This document shows, piece by piece, positions 1 through 10,899 of a stretch of 64,000 bases of DNA; positions within the stretch are counted from its first letter, which is position 1, and every line of letters begins with the position of its first letter. Origin of the DNA: a virus; IMG/VR virus record IMGVR_UViG_3300037089_000506. One strand, 5' to 3'. Under the pieces are notes generated by a model. The model had not been told where the DNA came from, did not search any database, and saw only the letters and a list, made by a program, of their open reading frames with translations. The position numbers were made by a program, and so were the translations under genes.

Positions 1-101
1 CGAGGGTACAAAGAATAAACAACCCCAGGACAATCTGTTTTATCACGATTAAACTCCCATACTAATGATAGTATTGAATATACCATTATAAATTAGTCCT
101 G

Positions 102-497
102 TCAATCAGATTCTTCTACCTTTAGTTTTGTATGAGTTGTAATCCAACTTCTATATATTTCTCTCAAAAACTCTAAATCCTCCGTTTTTTGCATATGCTC
201 TATAAAGTTATTAAAATCTTCTTTATTATTCATTTGTTCTTCAATAGCAGACTCTAAAGCGAAATCCTCCATATCGGGGTGACCAGTAATTATTTTAGTT
301 GATTCTAATACAGAATTATATACATTTTCAGCATCAAACCCAGCATGAAGTAAAAAAGCTAAAAAACTTTTTACAGCTTTTTCAAGCTTAGCTTCATTAT
401 CTACTATTCCTGTAGTATCTACAAGAGAATGAGTCTCTGTAGCATCCTCATTTACTTTGAGTGAATGTTTAAAATCAAAATATTCATTTACATTCAT
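102..497 (-). CDS. hypothetical protein
   Basis: 131 aa ORF in the minus-strand replication block; no recognised motif. Confidence 0.6.
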   Translation of the reverse strand: MNVNEYFDFKHSLKVNEDATETHSLVDTTGIVDNEAKLEKAVKSFLAFLLHAGFDAENVYNSVLESTKIITGHPDMEDFALESAIEEQMNNKEDFNNFIEHMQKTEDLEFLREIYRSWITTHTKLKVEESD

Positions 498-838
498 TTA
501 GGTTCCTTTTTCTTTTTTAACTCTTCATGGAGTGAAAAGTTTATAGTATTTACATTAGCAACAAATACCTCAGCAGATACTTCACCTAAGATGTAATTTC
601 GACTAATGTTTAGTATCTGACTAGCCAATTCTTTTATTTTATCCTCCATGAGATATACTCCTTTCTCAATTAGTCCTTTTCCCTAATATCTTTAGTAAAG
701 CATCCAACATGAAACCATTTTTTTGTACCATCTAAAAAAGAGATAGAAAAAGGAAAATCATTAGTATTTGTAGATAAAGAGTCGCATATTCTTCCGCATA
801 TAACACATTTTTTTAGATGCCCCTTATGAAAAGCATCA

Positions 839-2239
839 TCATTCATTATTTGCTTCATCGAGTATATCCCCTCCCCCTATTAATTCATTAAGTCTAAAAG
901 TAGGACCATTAAAATTATACCTACCTGTAGCACCAACTCTGCCCATATTTTGCTTTATTATCTGTACTTCTAAAACATCGGGAAGAATAGCAGCATCAGC
1001 ATCACCAGCCAGGAGTTGATCAGCATAATATTTAGCTCTGAAAACTGCTAATACCGTTCTAGAACGTTCAGCTAAAGCAGAAGAATTTTTAATATTATTT
1101 CTAGTAGGACGTAATTTCTTCAGGTCTTGAACAGTTAAAACTTTAGCCGAATCTGCTTCTCTATTCATCTGGGTTATGGCAATAATACATACATTCTCCT
1201 TTTTGGCAATAGCATTCGTTTTATTTATTGCTTTCTCCATGATGGTAGGTAAAGATGAATTTTTATTTCCTGCCATATCCATAAACTCTCTCACTTGCGT
1301 TATCAAATCTACAAATACAATAAGATATTGTACTTTATAAGTAAGTTTAAATTCTCGTATATGATGCCTTATTTGATCTAATGTAATATCTGGTTCATCA
1401 ATGAATTTAAATGCCTTATCCTTTAGTTTTTCTTTTTCTTTCTGTACTATCTCAATCAATGAATCCATTGTGGGTCCAGTTGAATACCATTGATCAATGG
1501 GTATATTACTTCTCATTGCCATCCACCTATCCATAGTACTAATTTCATCCATTTCAGGAGAAAAGTAAAGACATGGAACATTAGAATCCACTAGGTTAGA
1601 CATTTCATATAATCCATATATTGATTTACCTGTCCCAGTAGCACCAGCAATTAATATAATCTGTCCAGGAGCTGCTTTTTTAGTTAGATTTTGATCCAAG
1701 AAATTTTCACAGAAAGGAAAGTGTAAACCTTTTTTTCTTTCCCGTAGTTCATCAGTATAATTATCAAGGAGCATTTCAAAATCTTTACTTACAACTTGTT
1801 TATAAGCAGTGGCTAAGGTTTCTTGAATTGAGTACTCTAATGAAGATACTTTCAATGTATCTAAAGGATCATGTGAAGTTGTAAGTTCTTGTATCTTTTC
1901 TATGGTTTTATTTATCTTATGCTTTGCTATTGAATCCTTCAAGGAATCAAGAGCACCGGCAAGGTTGGATATATCTACCTGTAAAGAAAAAAGATTTTTA
2001 TTAGTAGCAATATCAACATTATTTTCTAGTCTATTGGCTTCTCTAAATAATGAGGTTTCATTCACTTCCTCTCCTGTTTCTCTTAAATTTTGTAAAGCAG
2101 TATAATATGCTTTGAATTTAGGATTATGGAAAGAATCAGAAGTGATATCCTTTATACTAACATCGGGGTTTTCAATTAATATTTTCAATACTTGCATTTG
2201 TGCCATTAGCACAAAATTTTCGTTAGTTCGTTCTTCCAT
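839..2239 (-). CDS. dnaB: DnaB-like replicative helicase
   Basis: Walker A AGATGTGKS, FSPEM, IVFVDLIT, TQMNRE and IKNSSALAE motifs of SF4 helicases. Confidence 0.9.
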   Translation of the reverse strand: MEERTNENFVLMAQMQVLKILIENPDVSIKDITSDSFHNPKFKAYYTALQNLRETGEEVNETSLFREANRLENNVDIATNKNLFSLQVDISNLAGALDSLKDSIAKHKINKTIEKIQELTTSHDPLDTLKVSSLEYSIQETLATAYKQVVSKDFEMLLDNYTDELRERKKGLHFPFCENFLDQNLTKKAAPGQIILIAGATGTGKSIYGLYEMSNLVDSNVPCLYFSPEMDEISTMDRWMAMRSNIPIDQWYSTGPTMDSLIEIVQKEKEKLKDKAFKFIDEPDITLDQIRHHIREFKLTYKVQYLIVFVDLITQVREFMDMAGNKNSSLPTIMEKAINKTNAIAKKENVCIIAITQMNREADSAKVLTVQDLKKLRPTRNNIKNSSALAERSRTVLAVFRAKYYADQLLAGDADAAILPDVLEVQIIKQNMGRVGATGRYNFNGPTFRLNELIGGGDILDEANNE

Positions 2240-3030
2240 TATTTATCCTTAAAGATATTATGTATCTCTACATCATCTATAACATCTTCAAACTTTAATG
2301 TTGTCTTTTTTTTAGACGTATGGTTCACTACAAAGGATTGTAAAGAATCTGAATACCCATTTTTTTTAATCTCCTCTGGTTTCACCCTAGATACGAATAG
2401 CACGCCTTTTCCCTTATTGTCAATCCTCTCTCGTAGGAAAGCCTCGATATAAGGGGACTGAGTGCCACTATCATAAACGGGAGAAGCATTCTTATCAAAG
2501 GCATCATCTATTATCAAAAGAGTAGCCTGGGCTCTTTTCATATATTCAGAAATCTTTTCTGCCTCTTCATCTCTAGGAAAGGGCTTACATACCATCGAAG
2601 AGAACTCTTTCATTGGAGTATAAAGAGCACTATATCCCTTACGAAAAAAGTGTAGCCCTACTGCTTGTGCTACTGTAGTTTTTTGAGTCTGGTCAATGCC
2701 ATATATATACATACATATATTATGGAGTAAAATGTCTGTATCATACTCCTGTAGAAAGTTTAGAATTTTAATTATTTCTTTATAACTTTTAGTGCCTATA
2801 TAAGAACTCACTAAATTATATTTAAGAGAGTTCTCATCTATCCATATATTATTCTTATTAGCTTGAATAAGTAATTTACTTTGTTTTATCCATTCCTTAT
2901 GACAATCACATTCTTGCACTGCTACATATGCTCCATTATCTACATAGTAAAATCCTGGTTGTTCCATAGGACCAGACTTTGATTTACACTTATTGCATTG
3001 TACATATCGTATCAGAGGAAGTTCATTCAT
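2239..3030 (-). CDS. DnaC/IstB-like helicase loader, degenerate Walker A
   Basis: N-terminal Cys-rich Zn site (CNKC...CDCH), GIDQTQKT at the Walker A position, LLIIDD Walker B; abuts dnaB. Confidence 0.65.
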   Translation of the reverse strand: MNELPLIRYVQCNKCKSKSGPMEQPGFYYVDNGAYVAVQECDCHKEWIKQSKLLIQANKNNIWIDENSLKYNLVSSYIGTKSYKEIIKILNFLQEYDTDILLHNICMYIYGIDQTQKTTVAQAVGLHFFRKGYSALYTPMKEFSSMVCKPFPRDEEAEKISEYMKRAQATLLIIDDAFDKNASPVYDSGTQSPYIEAFLRERIDNKGKGVLFVSRVKPEEIKKNGYSDSLQSFVVNHTSKKKTTLKFEDVIDDVEIHNIFKDK

Positions 3031-3052
3031 ATATAGCCTCTTTTCAACTATA

Positions 3053-3283
3053 CTATATTAGAGGAGGATTGTCAACTACCACAGTCCAGTCAGTGGCAAG
3101 AATGTCTTGAGAATTTAGAAGGGCTTTATAATCTTCTATATGTATATCTATCTTATCTTCTACTAAATGGATATAAATACTATTATTTTTGAGGTAATAA
3201 AAAACGTCTTGATGAGACTCCCTTTGAATTGATTTTCCTAATTTCAATACTTTTAAAGCACATGAGAAGTCCATACACTTCAT
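3053..3283 (-). CDS. DUF2829 / Tad2-like small protein
   Basis: MDFSCALKVLKLGKSIQR N-terminus and SQDILATDW C-terminus match the DUF2829 pattern. Confidence 0.55.
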   Translation of the reverse strand: MKCMDFSCALKVLKLGKSIQRESHQDVFYYLKNNSIYIHLVEDKIDIHIEDYKALLNSQDILATDWTVVVDNPPLI

Positions 3284-3469
3284 ATACGCCCCTCATCTAT
3301 ATATTCATAAATGGAACCATAGAAGTCAAGTTCCTCTGAAGCATCCACCATATTCTTTTTTTCCACGTATTCCTTTTCTTTTTCAATTGCTTTCCTTGCT
3401 AGTATTTTAGCTTCAATCATATTCATAGCTTCAAACTGTATTACGTTATTACACCATGCTTCATTCTCA

Positions 3470-5296
3470 CTATTGATTATCAATACATATTTCCTCATAA
3501 TCTACCTCCATATTGTATATCAATTGCACTTGCTTCAAGTCAAGATACTTCTCATTCAAGAAATTCCTGTTAATAAAATCTTTATCTTGTAGATTTTTAT
3601 ATCTAACTACATCTAAAGACTTTCCTATAACTAAATCATAAGTATAGCAGTTTTGTTGTTGTCCTATTCTATAAATTCTATATCCAGATTGGCTTTTAGT
3701 AGTGAAATTGAAATCAGTATCAAAGTAAATCTGCACGTTAGCCTTCACTATAGATACGGATGTATTCAATACCTGTTCGCCAGCAATGAGAATAGTATAC
3801 CCCTCATTCTCAAACTTGTCAATTATCTGCTTCTTATACTCGTCACGAGTAGTCTTGCGAGGAAGCTTAGATTCCCCATTCAATACTAATACCTGAAATT
3901 GCTTTTTCAATATAGTCTCTAAAGCAGACGCTACTAAAGGATGCGAAGTCCATATTATTATTTTACTTTTTTTATGTTTTTCTATTAAATCTAGTAATGC
4001 TTCCATTTTACTATGGTTCTCAAATTTGAATGAGTCAATCAGCTTAATTACTTCAGGGGAAAATTCTGAACGTAATAGTAATTGTGGCATATCTATTGCC
4101 AACATTGCTACTTGAAAGGAGCTAATCACCGAACGTGCATCTAAAGCCCCCGCTGTATCCTTTATTTTCTGTAGTGTTTCCATTACTACAGCTTGATATA
4201 AGTTTTTATGCTCATCGCTGAATTCAACATAATAAGGTCTAATATAATTTTCAGGTAATAATAATACATCAGAAGCAAACCTGCGAGTACAATGATTTTT
4301 TACAAGTATCTGTAATTCTTCTGCTTTATCCTTCCTAATATCCTTAACGTTATATTTAGAATATTTATCTCCAACTACAAAATATTCCTGAGCCCAATTT
4401 GTAAAGGACTTATTCTTTACTAATGCAGTGTCCATAAGCTTTAGCTGAGAATAATACTTCCACTCTCTTTCGGCTGGAGTTCCAGTAGCACAATAAACAT
4501 AATAGAAATAAGGAGCTATTAAATCTACCACTTTGGATTGGCGAGCTTGAGGATTAGAACACTGATGAGACTCATCTAATATAAGCATTCCTCTATCCTC
4601 ATTCAACCATTGCTCTATCGGTATAGGACACTTTTTATATATTTTACTTTTATTACCTTGATATTCATCAGATACCAAAAGGAAAGAACGATAACTCATT
4701 ATTATTACATTGGAGTCATTATCAAAGGGTTTACGATTCTTTACTCCCCCTATCTCTATCTGCTCTTGGGTGAAATGACTAAACTTCTGTAAATCAATAT
4801 AAAGATTATAGGTGCCTGAATTTGAGGTTAATATAACTATCTTTTTTAATCCTTTTAATTTAGAATATAAATCTGCTGCTGTGAATAGTTCATAGGATTT
4901 GCCTGTTCCCATCTCATTGAATAGTAGATGTCTATTAGTAGACATCAATTTTTGTATATCCTCATACTGATAGTTCTCATAAGGCTCTTTACCTTTAATT
5001 GGGGGTAGTTTAATATCCTCTAAAGAAAAGGGTATTCTATATTTTTGTATTTGAGTTCCAACCTTAGTTGGTAATAAAGATAATTCATTTTCTGTATTAA
5101 TATCAATATCTAAACGTGCAATCTCAGTCAAGCCCTCATAGATATCTTCATATCTATTTACTGGAATGATATAATAATGCCCTTTTTTATTATAGGTGCA
5201 ACCCTCTTTGTGGAAGAAGGCAACGAGTTTAGCGAAGTCATCACCTTTTATTGTTGCGTGTATAGTATTATTTACTACATTTAATTTTACTGGCAT
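3470..5296 (-). CDS. SNF2-family (SF2) helicase
   Basis: NEMGTGKS, LILDESH, ATGTP, YRIGQ motifs. Confidence 0.85.
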   Translation of the reverse strand: MPVKLNVVNNTIHATIKGDDFAKLVAFFHKEGCTYNKKGHYYIIPVNRYEDIYEGLTEIARLDIDINTENELSLLPTKVGTQIQKYRIPFSLEDIKLPPIKGKEPYENYQYEDIQKLMSTNRHLLFNEMGTGKSYELFTAADLYSKLKGLKKIVILTSNSGTYNLYIDLQKFSHFTQEQIEIGGVKNRKPFDNDSNVIIMSYRSFLLVSDEYQGNKSKIYKKCPIPIEQWLNEDRGMLILDESHQCSNPQARQSKVVDLIAPYFYYVYCATGTPAEREWKYYSQLKLMDTALVKNKSFTNWAQEYFVVGDKYSKYNVKDIRKDKAEELQILVKNHCTRRFASDVLLLPENYIRPYYVEFSDEHKNLYQAVVMETLQKIKDTAGALDARSVISSFQVAMLAIDMPQLLLRSEFSPEVIKLIDSFKFENHSKMEALLDLIEKHKKSKIIIWTSHPLVASALETILKKQFQVLVLNGESKLPRKTTRDEYKKQIIDKFENEGYTILIAGEQVLNTSVSIVKANVQIYFDTDFNFTTKSQSGYRIYRIGQQQNCYTYDLVIGKSLDVVRYKNLQDKDFINRNFLNEKYLDLKQVQLIYNMEVDYEEICIDNQ

Positions 5297-5326
5297 TAAT
5301 TCCTCAATATATTATTCCATACATTT

Positions 5327-6193
5327 TTATTTAGTATCAGAATACTCCTCCAAAAACTTTTCAAAGTCTACTCCTTTTTTATAGTAATGATCCTTATTTT
5401 CTAAATCTACTATTTGTATATCAATTAAAAATTTAACCCCCTGCTGCCACTTTTCCTCTATCTCAAATACTTCTTTTAATTTAGGTATTACTTCTAGTAT
5501 TCTATCTTTATCCACATATGCATCCAGAGAATCATGTACAAAACCAATAGTTTCAACAGAGGCTTTACACTCATTATCTCCAGAATTCCATTTTAATGCT
5601 GCTATTGCTACTACTGCTGATTCATCAGTTTGTATAGTGCTATTAGCACAAATATTTACAAGCCCTGAGGCTTCTTTCAAATTTTCATCTCGCCTATACC
5701 TACCTGTATCTGGATTCGTTGCCAAAGATAATAAAGGTACTCTACGAATTCCTCCATGGAAAGAACGAATATAGCCGACTGTCTTCCCCAACTCCTCATT
5801 TCTCTTTATTCGTTTCATTAAACCTTTATATGTATCAAAAAAATTATCTCTAATGAATTTGGCTACAGCATAATATGACCAAAGCTTACTATCAATATTT
5901 GAATATTTTTCCTGCATCTCCTTGACTATATCTTCTAGGTGTCTCTCTTTTACAAACTCCTGTACTCGCTCATAGGACCATGATGTTTCCAGGGTAGAAG
6001 AGCTAAACTTCTTGAAAGACATACCAAATATCATACCAAAATTAATACCTTTGCTATCTTGTCTAAAGGTAGAAAATGGCTTTATCTTCTTTAGCCGCAA
6101 GAATTCTTCTTCTGTAATAGTTCTATTTGTTGTTACTCGTTTTATCTTCACATGTAGAGTATATCCTTCTTCGTGATAAAAGTCAATACCCAC
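5327..6193 (-). CDS. polA: family A DNA polymerase, C-terminal fragment only (motifs B and C)
   Basis: RQDSKGINFGMIFG (motif B), VHDS (motif C); motif A absent; GTG start with an in-frame TGA four codons upstream. Confidence 0.8.
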   Translation of the reverse strand: MGIDFYHEEGYTLHVKIKRVTTNRTITEEEFLRLKKIKPFSTFRQDSKGINFGMIFGMSFKKFSSSTLETSWSYERVQEFVKERHLEDIVKEMQEKYSNIDSKLWSYYAVAKFIRDNFFDTYKGLMKRIKRNEELGKTVGYIRSFHGGIRRVPLLSLATNPDTGRYRRDENLKEASGLVNICANSTIQTDESAVVAIAALKWNSGDNECKASVETIGFVHDSLDAYVDKDRILEVIPKLKEVFEIEEKWQQGVKFLIDIQIVDLENKDHYYKKGVDFEKFLEEYSDTK

Positions 6194-6312
6194 ATATAAT
6201 TTTCACTATATATAATTCTATAAATACTACGCTATTGATTCTTCGAAATCCAGGCTAACATTACTAATATAATACAATAAATATAATAAGAATAATATTA
6301 GGGGTACCCCTG

Positions 6313-6341
6313 TTGACATTTTTAAATTTAGAGAGTATACT
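6313..6341 (+). promoter_or_regulatory. sigma70-type promoter
   Basis: TTGACA-17 nt-TATACT at the start of the plus-strand block. Confidence 0.75.
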
Positions 6342-6359
6342 ATAATGAAGAGGTAAATT

Positions 6360-7727
6360 TTGCTCAAAACTTTACAATATATTGCATTCTTCGGGTTAGC
6401 AATAGTTTCTACTGGATTAGGAATAATTTTATACACTGGATTATCTCATGATTTATTATCTTTTCTCATAATGCTTATTGTAGCAGGAGTTATTGAAGCT
6501 GTCAAGATACTATGCTTAACTTGGTATAACACATCATTCTGGCAAGCTGATCAATTAAAAGCTAGATATATTGATGAATTTATCAAGGGTATGTTCAAGT
6601 CACAAAACTTAAAAAAAATAAAGGATGGTAAACTCCTTAAAACTGTTGAATCTTATTTAAGGCATAGACGACAAGGTAAAACTCGATTTATTATTTATCT
6701 TTTTGCTGCTTTCCTATCTATATCTGCCTCGTATGGTTACATAGCACAATCAGTATATTTAACTACCCAAGCCAAAATATCAGTAGTGACTACTGATTCC
6801 CAAAATATTTACACTGAGAAATTGAAGGCTATAGATGATAGAATACTCCAAGATAAAAAACTGAATATTGACTATGCTAAAAATCAAGGACTATTGGACT
6901 CACAAAATGATACAGATTTTCAAAAGAAATATGATGCTTATCAAAAAAGAATAGACAAGAACAATGATGATATACAAAAGCAATTAGACTTGAAACAAAC
7001 AAATAATGAGACTTTACAGAACCTGAGATTAGGGGACATAAAAATTAATAGCACCAAAGGTCGCACAATGTATCAGTTGATGGGAGACTCTTTAGGTATG
7101 TCTGATAGAACTGTTATGTTTATATTACTCTATTTGCTCGCCATTATGATTGAGGTAGGTCTGTTCATTACCTCTCCACATTTTAACACTATGGATAAAG
7201 AAGATGAAGAAGAAAAATCTATTACAACTAAGCTTGAACAGGGCATACAAGAAAAAGAATACAGGAAGTTAAAGCCAGGGGAAATAAAAGAGGCTTTTGA
7301 TAAGGAGAAGGAGGGGGCTGTATATATAAAACCTGAATTTGAGGGTATGCAAGAAGAAGTAAACGAGTTTATTAAATTGAATCCACCTGAACCTAAGAAA
7401 GAATTTCATGAAGTTTCAGAGGGATTTCCTGTAGGTGTAATAGAGCCTCCCCCTGAAGTAGTACCTCCTTTAATTCGTAAGGTTATTGATAGGGATAAGT
7501 TGATTGATGCTTTTATTGATAATCTCTTCGACGAGAAGGGTAAAATGTTAAATCGAGAAGATGTAGCGGCAAAGGTAGAATTACCTTTATTCCATGCTGT
7601 TAAGATTACAGATTTTCTTACTCATAGTACTATGGTACAGTTCCGACCTCCTACTAGTTTCTATAAAATAGCATCTATAAAGGAGATGAAGAAAGCAATG
7701 GGACAATTATATCAAGGAGAAAAATAA
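6360..7727 (+). CDS. membrane protein with coiled coil
   Basis: several hydrophobic segments flanking a K/Q/D-rich coiled-coil region. Confidence 0.6.
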   Translation: MLKTLQYIAFFGLAIVSTGLGIILYTGLSHDLLSFLIMLIVAGVIEAVKILCLTWYNTSFWQADQLKARYIDEFIKGMFKSQNLKKIKDGKLLKTVESYLRHRRQGKTRFIIYLFAAFLSISASYGYIAQSVYLTTQAKISVVTTDSQNIYTEKLKAIDDRILQDKKLNIDYAKNQGLLDSQNDTDFQKKYDAYQKRIDKNNDDIQKQLDLKQTNNETLQNLRLGDIKINSTKGRTMYQLMGDSLGMSDRTVMFILLYLLAIMIEVGLFITSPHFNTMDKEDEEEKSITTKLEQGIQEKEYRKLKPGEIKEAFDKEKEGAVYIKPEFEGMQEEVNEFIKLNPPEPKKEFHEVSEGFPVGVIEPPPEVVPPLIRKVIDRDKLIDAFIDNLFDEKGKMLNREDVAAKVELPLFHAVKITDFLTHSTMVQFRPPTSFYKIASIKEMKKAMGQLYQGEK

Positions 7728-8089
7728 TGAGCAATAATAACCTAAAAATAAATGAATATGAAACCTCACTTATGAATGAGATTTCAGCCATATCAACCTA
7801 TAAACTATTAACAGTTAGGAATGTATTGGAATCAGCATTTTTACGTCAGATTGAATCTTTACTTGCAGGAGAAGATATTCATATTCCTTTTATTGGTACC
7901 CTACATATAGACTATGAAGGTGATGATTATGTGTCGGGAGCTAAAGTAGCCAAGTTCACACCCCTCTTGACACCATCTAATTTATTCATTAGACTTGTAG
8001 GTGATGCTCATGATGGTAAGGGAGATATAATTTGGCAGATATCGGAAAAGAAGATAAGAGCAGCAGCGCAAAAAAAACTAGAGGAATAA
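7727..8089 (+). CDS. HU/IHF-like DNA-binding protein
   Basis: helical N-terminus then GEDIHIPFIGTL and FTP..PS, resembling the HU fold. Confidence 0.5.
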   Translation: MSNNNLKINEYETSLMNEISAISTYKLLTVRNVLESAFLRQIESLLAGEDIHIPFIGTLHIDYEGDDYVSGAKVAKFTPLLTPSNLFIRLVGDAHDGKGDIIWQISEKKIRAAAQKKLEE

Positions 8090-8096
8090 AAGGAAA

Positions 8097-8612
8097 ATGA
8101 GTAGTTATTTTCGTGAATTTACTAAAGAAGAGAGAATTAAATATAATGCTGCTTTAATGAAGATGGCAATAAAAAAGGAGAAGAAAGTGTTAGAGTATAC
8201 AGGGTTTGATTTGAAAGCACAGCGATATATTCGGATGGGAGGGCAATCCTTAATCTTTGTAAAGGCAATGCCTAATAACAATATATTAGGAGCAGTAAAT
8301 AAAGTTCAGCTACCTTCAGGTGAATATATGTATAATTTAGAACCAGGAGCGTATAAAGTAGAGTTCACCGATGCTCTTCCTTTCAAGTGGCAGGAGCCTG
8401 TATTTCATTATCTTCAGCAATATCGGCTAATTGATGCTGGTATGCATCTGACATTAAATTTCAATCCTTTCTGTGGTATTCTAAACGTGGAGTATAAAGC
8501 ATTGATTGAAGATGGTACTACGTTAGCTACATTAATGTGGGGGGCAATTCCTCATGAGTATGGTGATTTATTGGAGCATACAGCAGCCGTAAATAGGATT
8601 GTATATCCTTAG
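8097..8612 (+). CDS. degenerate dUTPase/dCTP deaminase-like protein
   Basis: GFDL and LEPGAYKVEF segments; other catalytic motifs not conserved. Confidence 0.35.
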   Translation: MSSYFREFTKEERIKYNAALMKMAIKKEKKVLEYTGFDLKAQRYIRMGGQSLIFVKAMPNNNILGAVNKVQLPSGEYMYNLEPGAYKVEFTDALPFKWQEPVFHYLQQYRLIDAGMHLTLNFNPFCGILNVEYKALIEDGTTLATLMWGAIPHEYGDLLEHTAAVNRIVYP

Positions 8613-9088
8613 GAGTAAATATGAAAGCGAATGATTTACCTACTACACCTACAAACATACAGAAACTCTCTAAAACATCATTGGAGAAGTATATCAAAGA
8701 ACATGAGTCTTCGCTAGGAAAAGAGAGAGAATTAATAAATAAGGCGGAAGAAGTATTGGAAAGAGTATTTTTAGATAAGAAGAGAAAAGCTAATATAGGC
8801 AAGTGCTATAAGTATAGTAATAGTTATAGCTCTGATGATACTTGGGATCAATATGATATAATAAAAGATTATATTGTTAGTGAAGGGGGTTGGGGTTATG
8901 GTCAATATAGAGTTCTCACTTTCTATGAGAATGAGAACGAGAGTTCTATAGAATTACATTTAAAGGATATAGGGATGTTTATGGAAATGGAAGATTATAA
9001 GTATCGTCCTATTACAGAAGAAGAGGCTCAGGTAGCATTAAATAGGGTTATGGAAAAATTGATTGGAACACCTTATGGAGGTTGAATT

Positions 9089-9472
9089 ATGGATTATAAA
9101 GAAGTAATGGCAGTATTACCTCAAGATTATAATACTTATTATGAAAAAATAATAAATGATATTTTTTGTTATGCCTTTTCCGAGTATGAAATAGAGAACT
9201 TAGGGGAGGTACTGAAGAAAAAAAGAGATGCAGGATTAAAAAAATATGGTGAATTGTCTTTTCAATCTTCCTTTGTTAATTCCATGAACTCCCCTACGTT
9301 AGAACATGCTAAAGAAGAATTGCTCGATTCTATGAATTATATTGCCCATGAAATATTTAAGAGTATGCTTTTGTATCCTCATGAAACTAGAAGTTTACAA
9401 CAGATACTACATCATTTAGCTATTATTTATGAAAATATAGAAGGAGTAGAAGAGGAGAAAAATCATGCGTGA
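9089..9472 (+). CDS. all-alpha NTP pyrophosphohydrolase-like protein
   Basis: R..GLKKYG...HAKEELLDSMNY (EExxD helix). Confidence 0.45.
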   Translation: MDYKEVMAVLPQDYNTYYEKIINDIFCYAFSEYEIENLGEVLKKKRDAGLKKYGELSFQSSFVNSMNSPTLEHAKEELLDSMNYIAHEIFKSMLLYPHETRSLQQILHHLAIIYENIEGVEEEKNHA

Positions 9473-9869
9473 AATAAAGTTTAGAGCATGGCATGATATA
9501 GACAAGAAATGGTTACATGGATATGAAATGCATAACGAGGGATGCTCTATATATGGAGAAATAATAATTACAGGTAATTGGTTAAATGAAATGCATGGCC
9601 TGCTTGATATAAATAATATAATTGTCGAGCAGTACACCGGACTCAAGGATAAAAAAGGGCAGGATATTTATGAGGGGGATATATTAGGATTCCTAAACAA
9701 TGAGGGATATACTGTAAAAAGCTCAATAGTATGGGATTATGGTGTTTTTTGGTTTGGAAATGATTGGATTCTTGGAGTTGATGTTCAACAACTACCAATA
9801 GAAGTCGTTGGCAACATCCACGAAAATCCGGAATTATTGGAGGCAGAAGATGTGGGAAATAAAGTTTAG
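9465..9869 (+). CDS. YopX-family protein
   Basis: MREIKFRAW, QYTGLKD, IYEGDIL, VVGNIHENPELL. Confidence 0.9.
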   Translation: MREIKFRAWHDIDKKWLHGYEMHNEGCSIYGEIIITGNWLNEMHGLLDINNIIVEQYTGLKDKKGQDIYEGDILGFLNNEGYTVKSSIVWDYGVFWFGNDWILGVDVQQLPIEVVGNIHENPELLEAEDVGNKV

Positions 9870-10290
9870 AGCTAAAGTATTAGGCAGAGATTATCAATGG
9901 GTATATGGACAATATTTTATTACTCCTTTGACTGATGAGAATTCTGGAGAAAAAATAGAATCAGGAATGTATTTTTTATCTGGAATTGATGTTAAGCCTC
10001 ATCATTGTATTGTGCAGAATGATGTTGCTTTCACTATTGATATAAATACATTAGGACAGTTTATAGGGCTGTATGATAAGAATAAAAAAGAAATTTATGA
10101 AGGGGATATTCTTAAATCTTTACGGAAATATACATATATGTATGATACTGGATATAAAGGGCATATACGATATAGACAACATTATGCTGATTATGAATAT
10201 GGTGAACTTGGTGGACAGATTACGCAAGCTAAAGCAAAATTTTGTGAGATTATTGGCAACATCCACGATAACCCTGAATTACTATCTTGA
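9850..10290 (+). CDS. YopX-family protein (tandem paralogue)
   Basis: EIKFRAK, GQFIGLYD, IYEGDIL, IIGNIHDNPELL; likely start ATG 9850. Confidence 0.85.
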   Translation: MWEIKFRAKVLGRDYQWVYGQYFITPLTDENSGEKIESGMYFLSGIDVKPHHCIVQNDVAFTIDINTLGQFIGLYDKNKKEIYEGDILKSLRKYTYMYDTGYKGHIRYRQHYADYEYGELGGQITQAKAKFCEIIGNIHDNPELLS

Positions 10291-10332
10291 CTTTAATTTG
10301 AATTAATAGTATAGTTCAATAAGGAGGATACT

Positions 10333-10899
10333 ATGGGTACCAGAGGAGCATATGGGTTTTACAAAGATGGGGTTTCAAAAATAACTTACAATCATTTTGA
10401 TTCTGATCTAGAATATTTAGGCAAAGATATAATAAAATATATAAAGAATAGGTCTATACAAGATATAAATAATGATTTTGCTGTTATTACTATGGTTAAT
10501 AGTAATGATAAGCCCACTACAGAGCAATTTCTAAAGTGTGCTGAATACTATAATAAAAATGTAAATTCAAAATCTCCTGAAGATTGGTATTGTGTATTAC
10601 GTGATATTCAGGGTGATTTGTTAGCCCATTCTAAAGTTGGGCTTATGATTGATAATCAAGAGTTTATGAAAGATTCATTATTCTGTGAATATGCATATAT
10701 TATCAATTTGGATACAAATGTATTGGAAATATATGAAGGTTTTCAGAAAAAAAGAAGTGATACTCGTTATCAGCCTGATAAACCAGAGGGACAGGGATAT
10801 TGGGGTTGTAAGTTGATAAAGGAAATCTCCTTAGTAGATACCGATGCCGGTATTGACAAGAAGTTTAATGCGCTCATAAAGGAAATGGAGGGTAAATGA
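10333..10899 (+). CDS. conserved phage hypothetical protein
   Basis: 188 aa ORF with AGGAGG RBS. Confidence 0.6.
   Translation: MGTRGAYGFYKDGVSKITYNHFDSDLEYLGKDIIKYIKNRSIQDINNDFAVITMVNSNDKPTTEQFLKCAEYYNKNVNSKSPEDWYCVLRDIQGDLLAHSKVGLMIDNQEFMKDSLFCEYAYIINLDTNVLEIYEGFQKKRSDTRYQPDKPEGQGYWGCKLIKEISLVDTDAGIDKKFNALIKEMEGK

Noticed and set aside
5327-6300. Split intein or trans-spliced intron explaining the polA fragment
   Set aside because: No C-terminal intein HN/C-S-T motif at the N-terminus, and the upstream DNA is AT-rich and unstructured.
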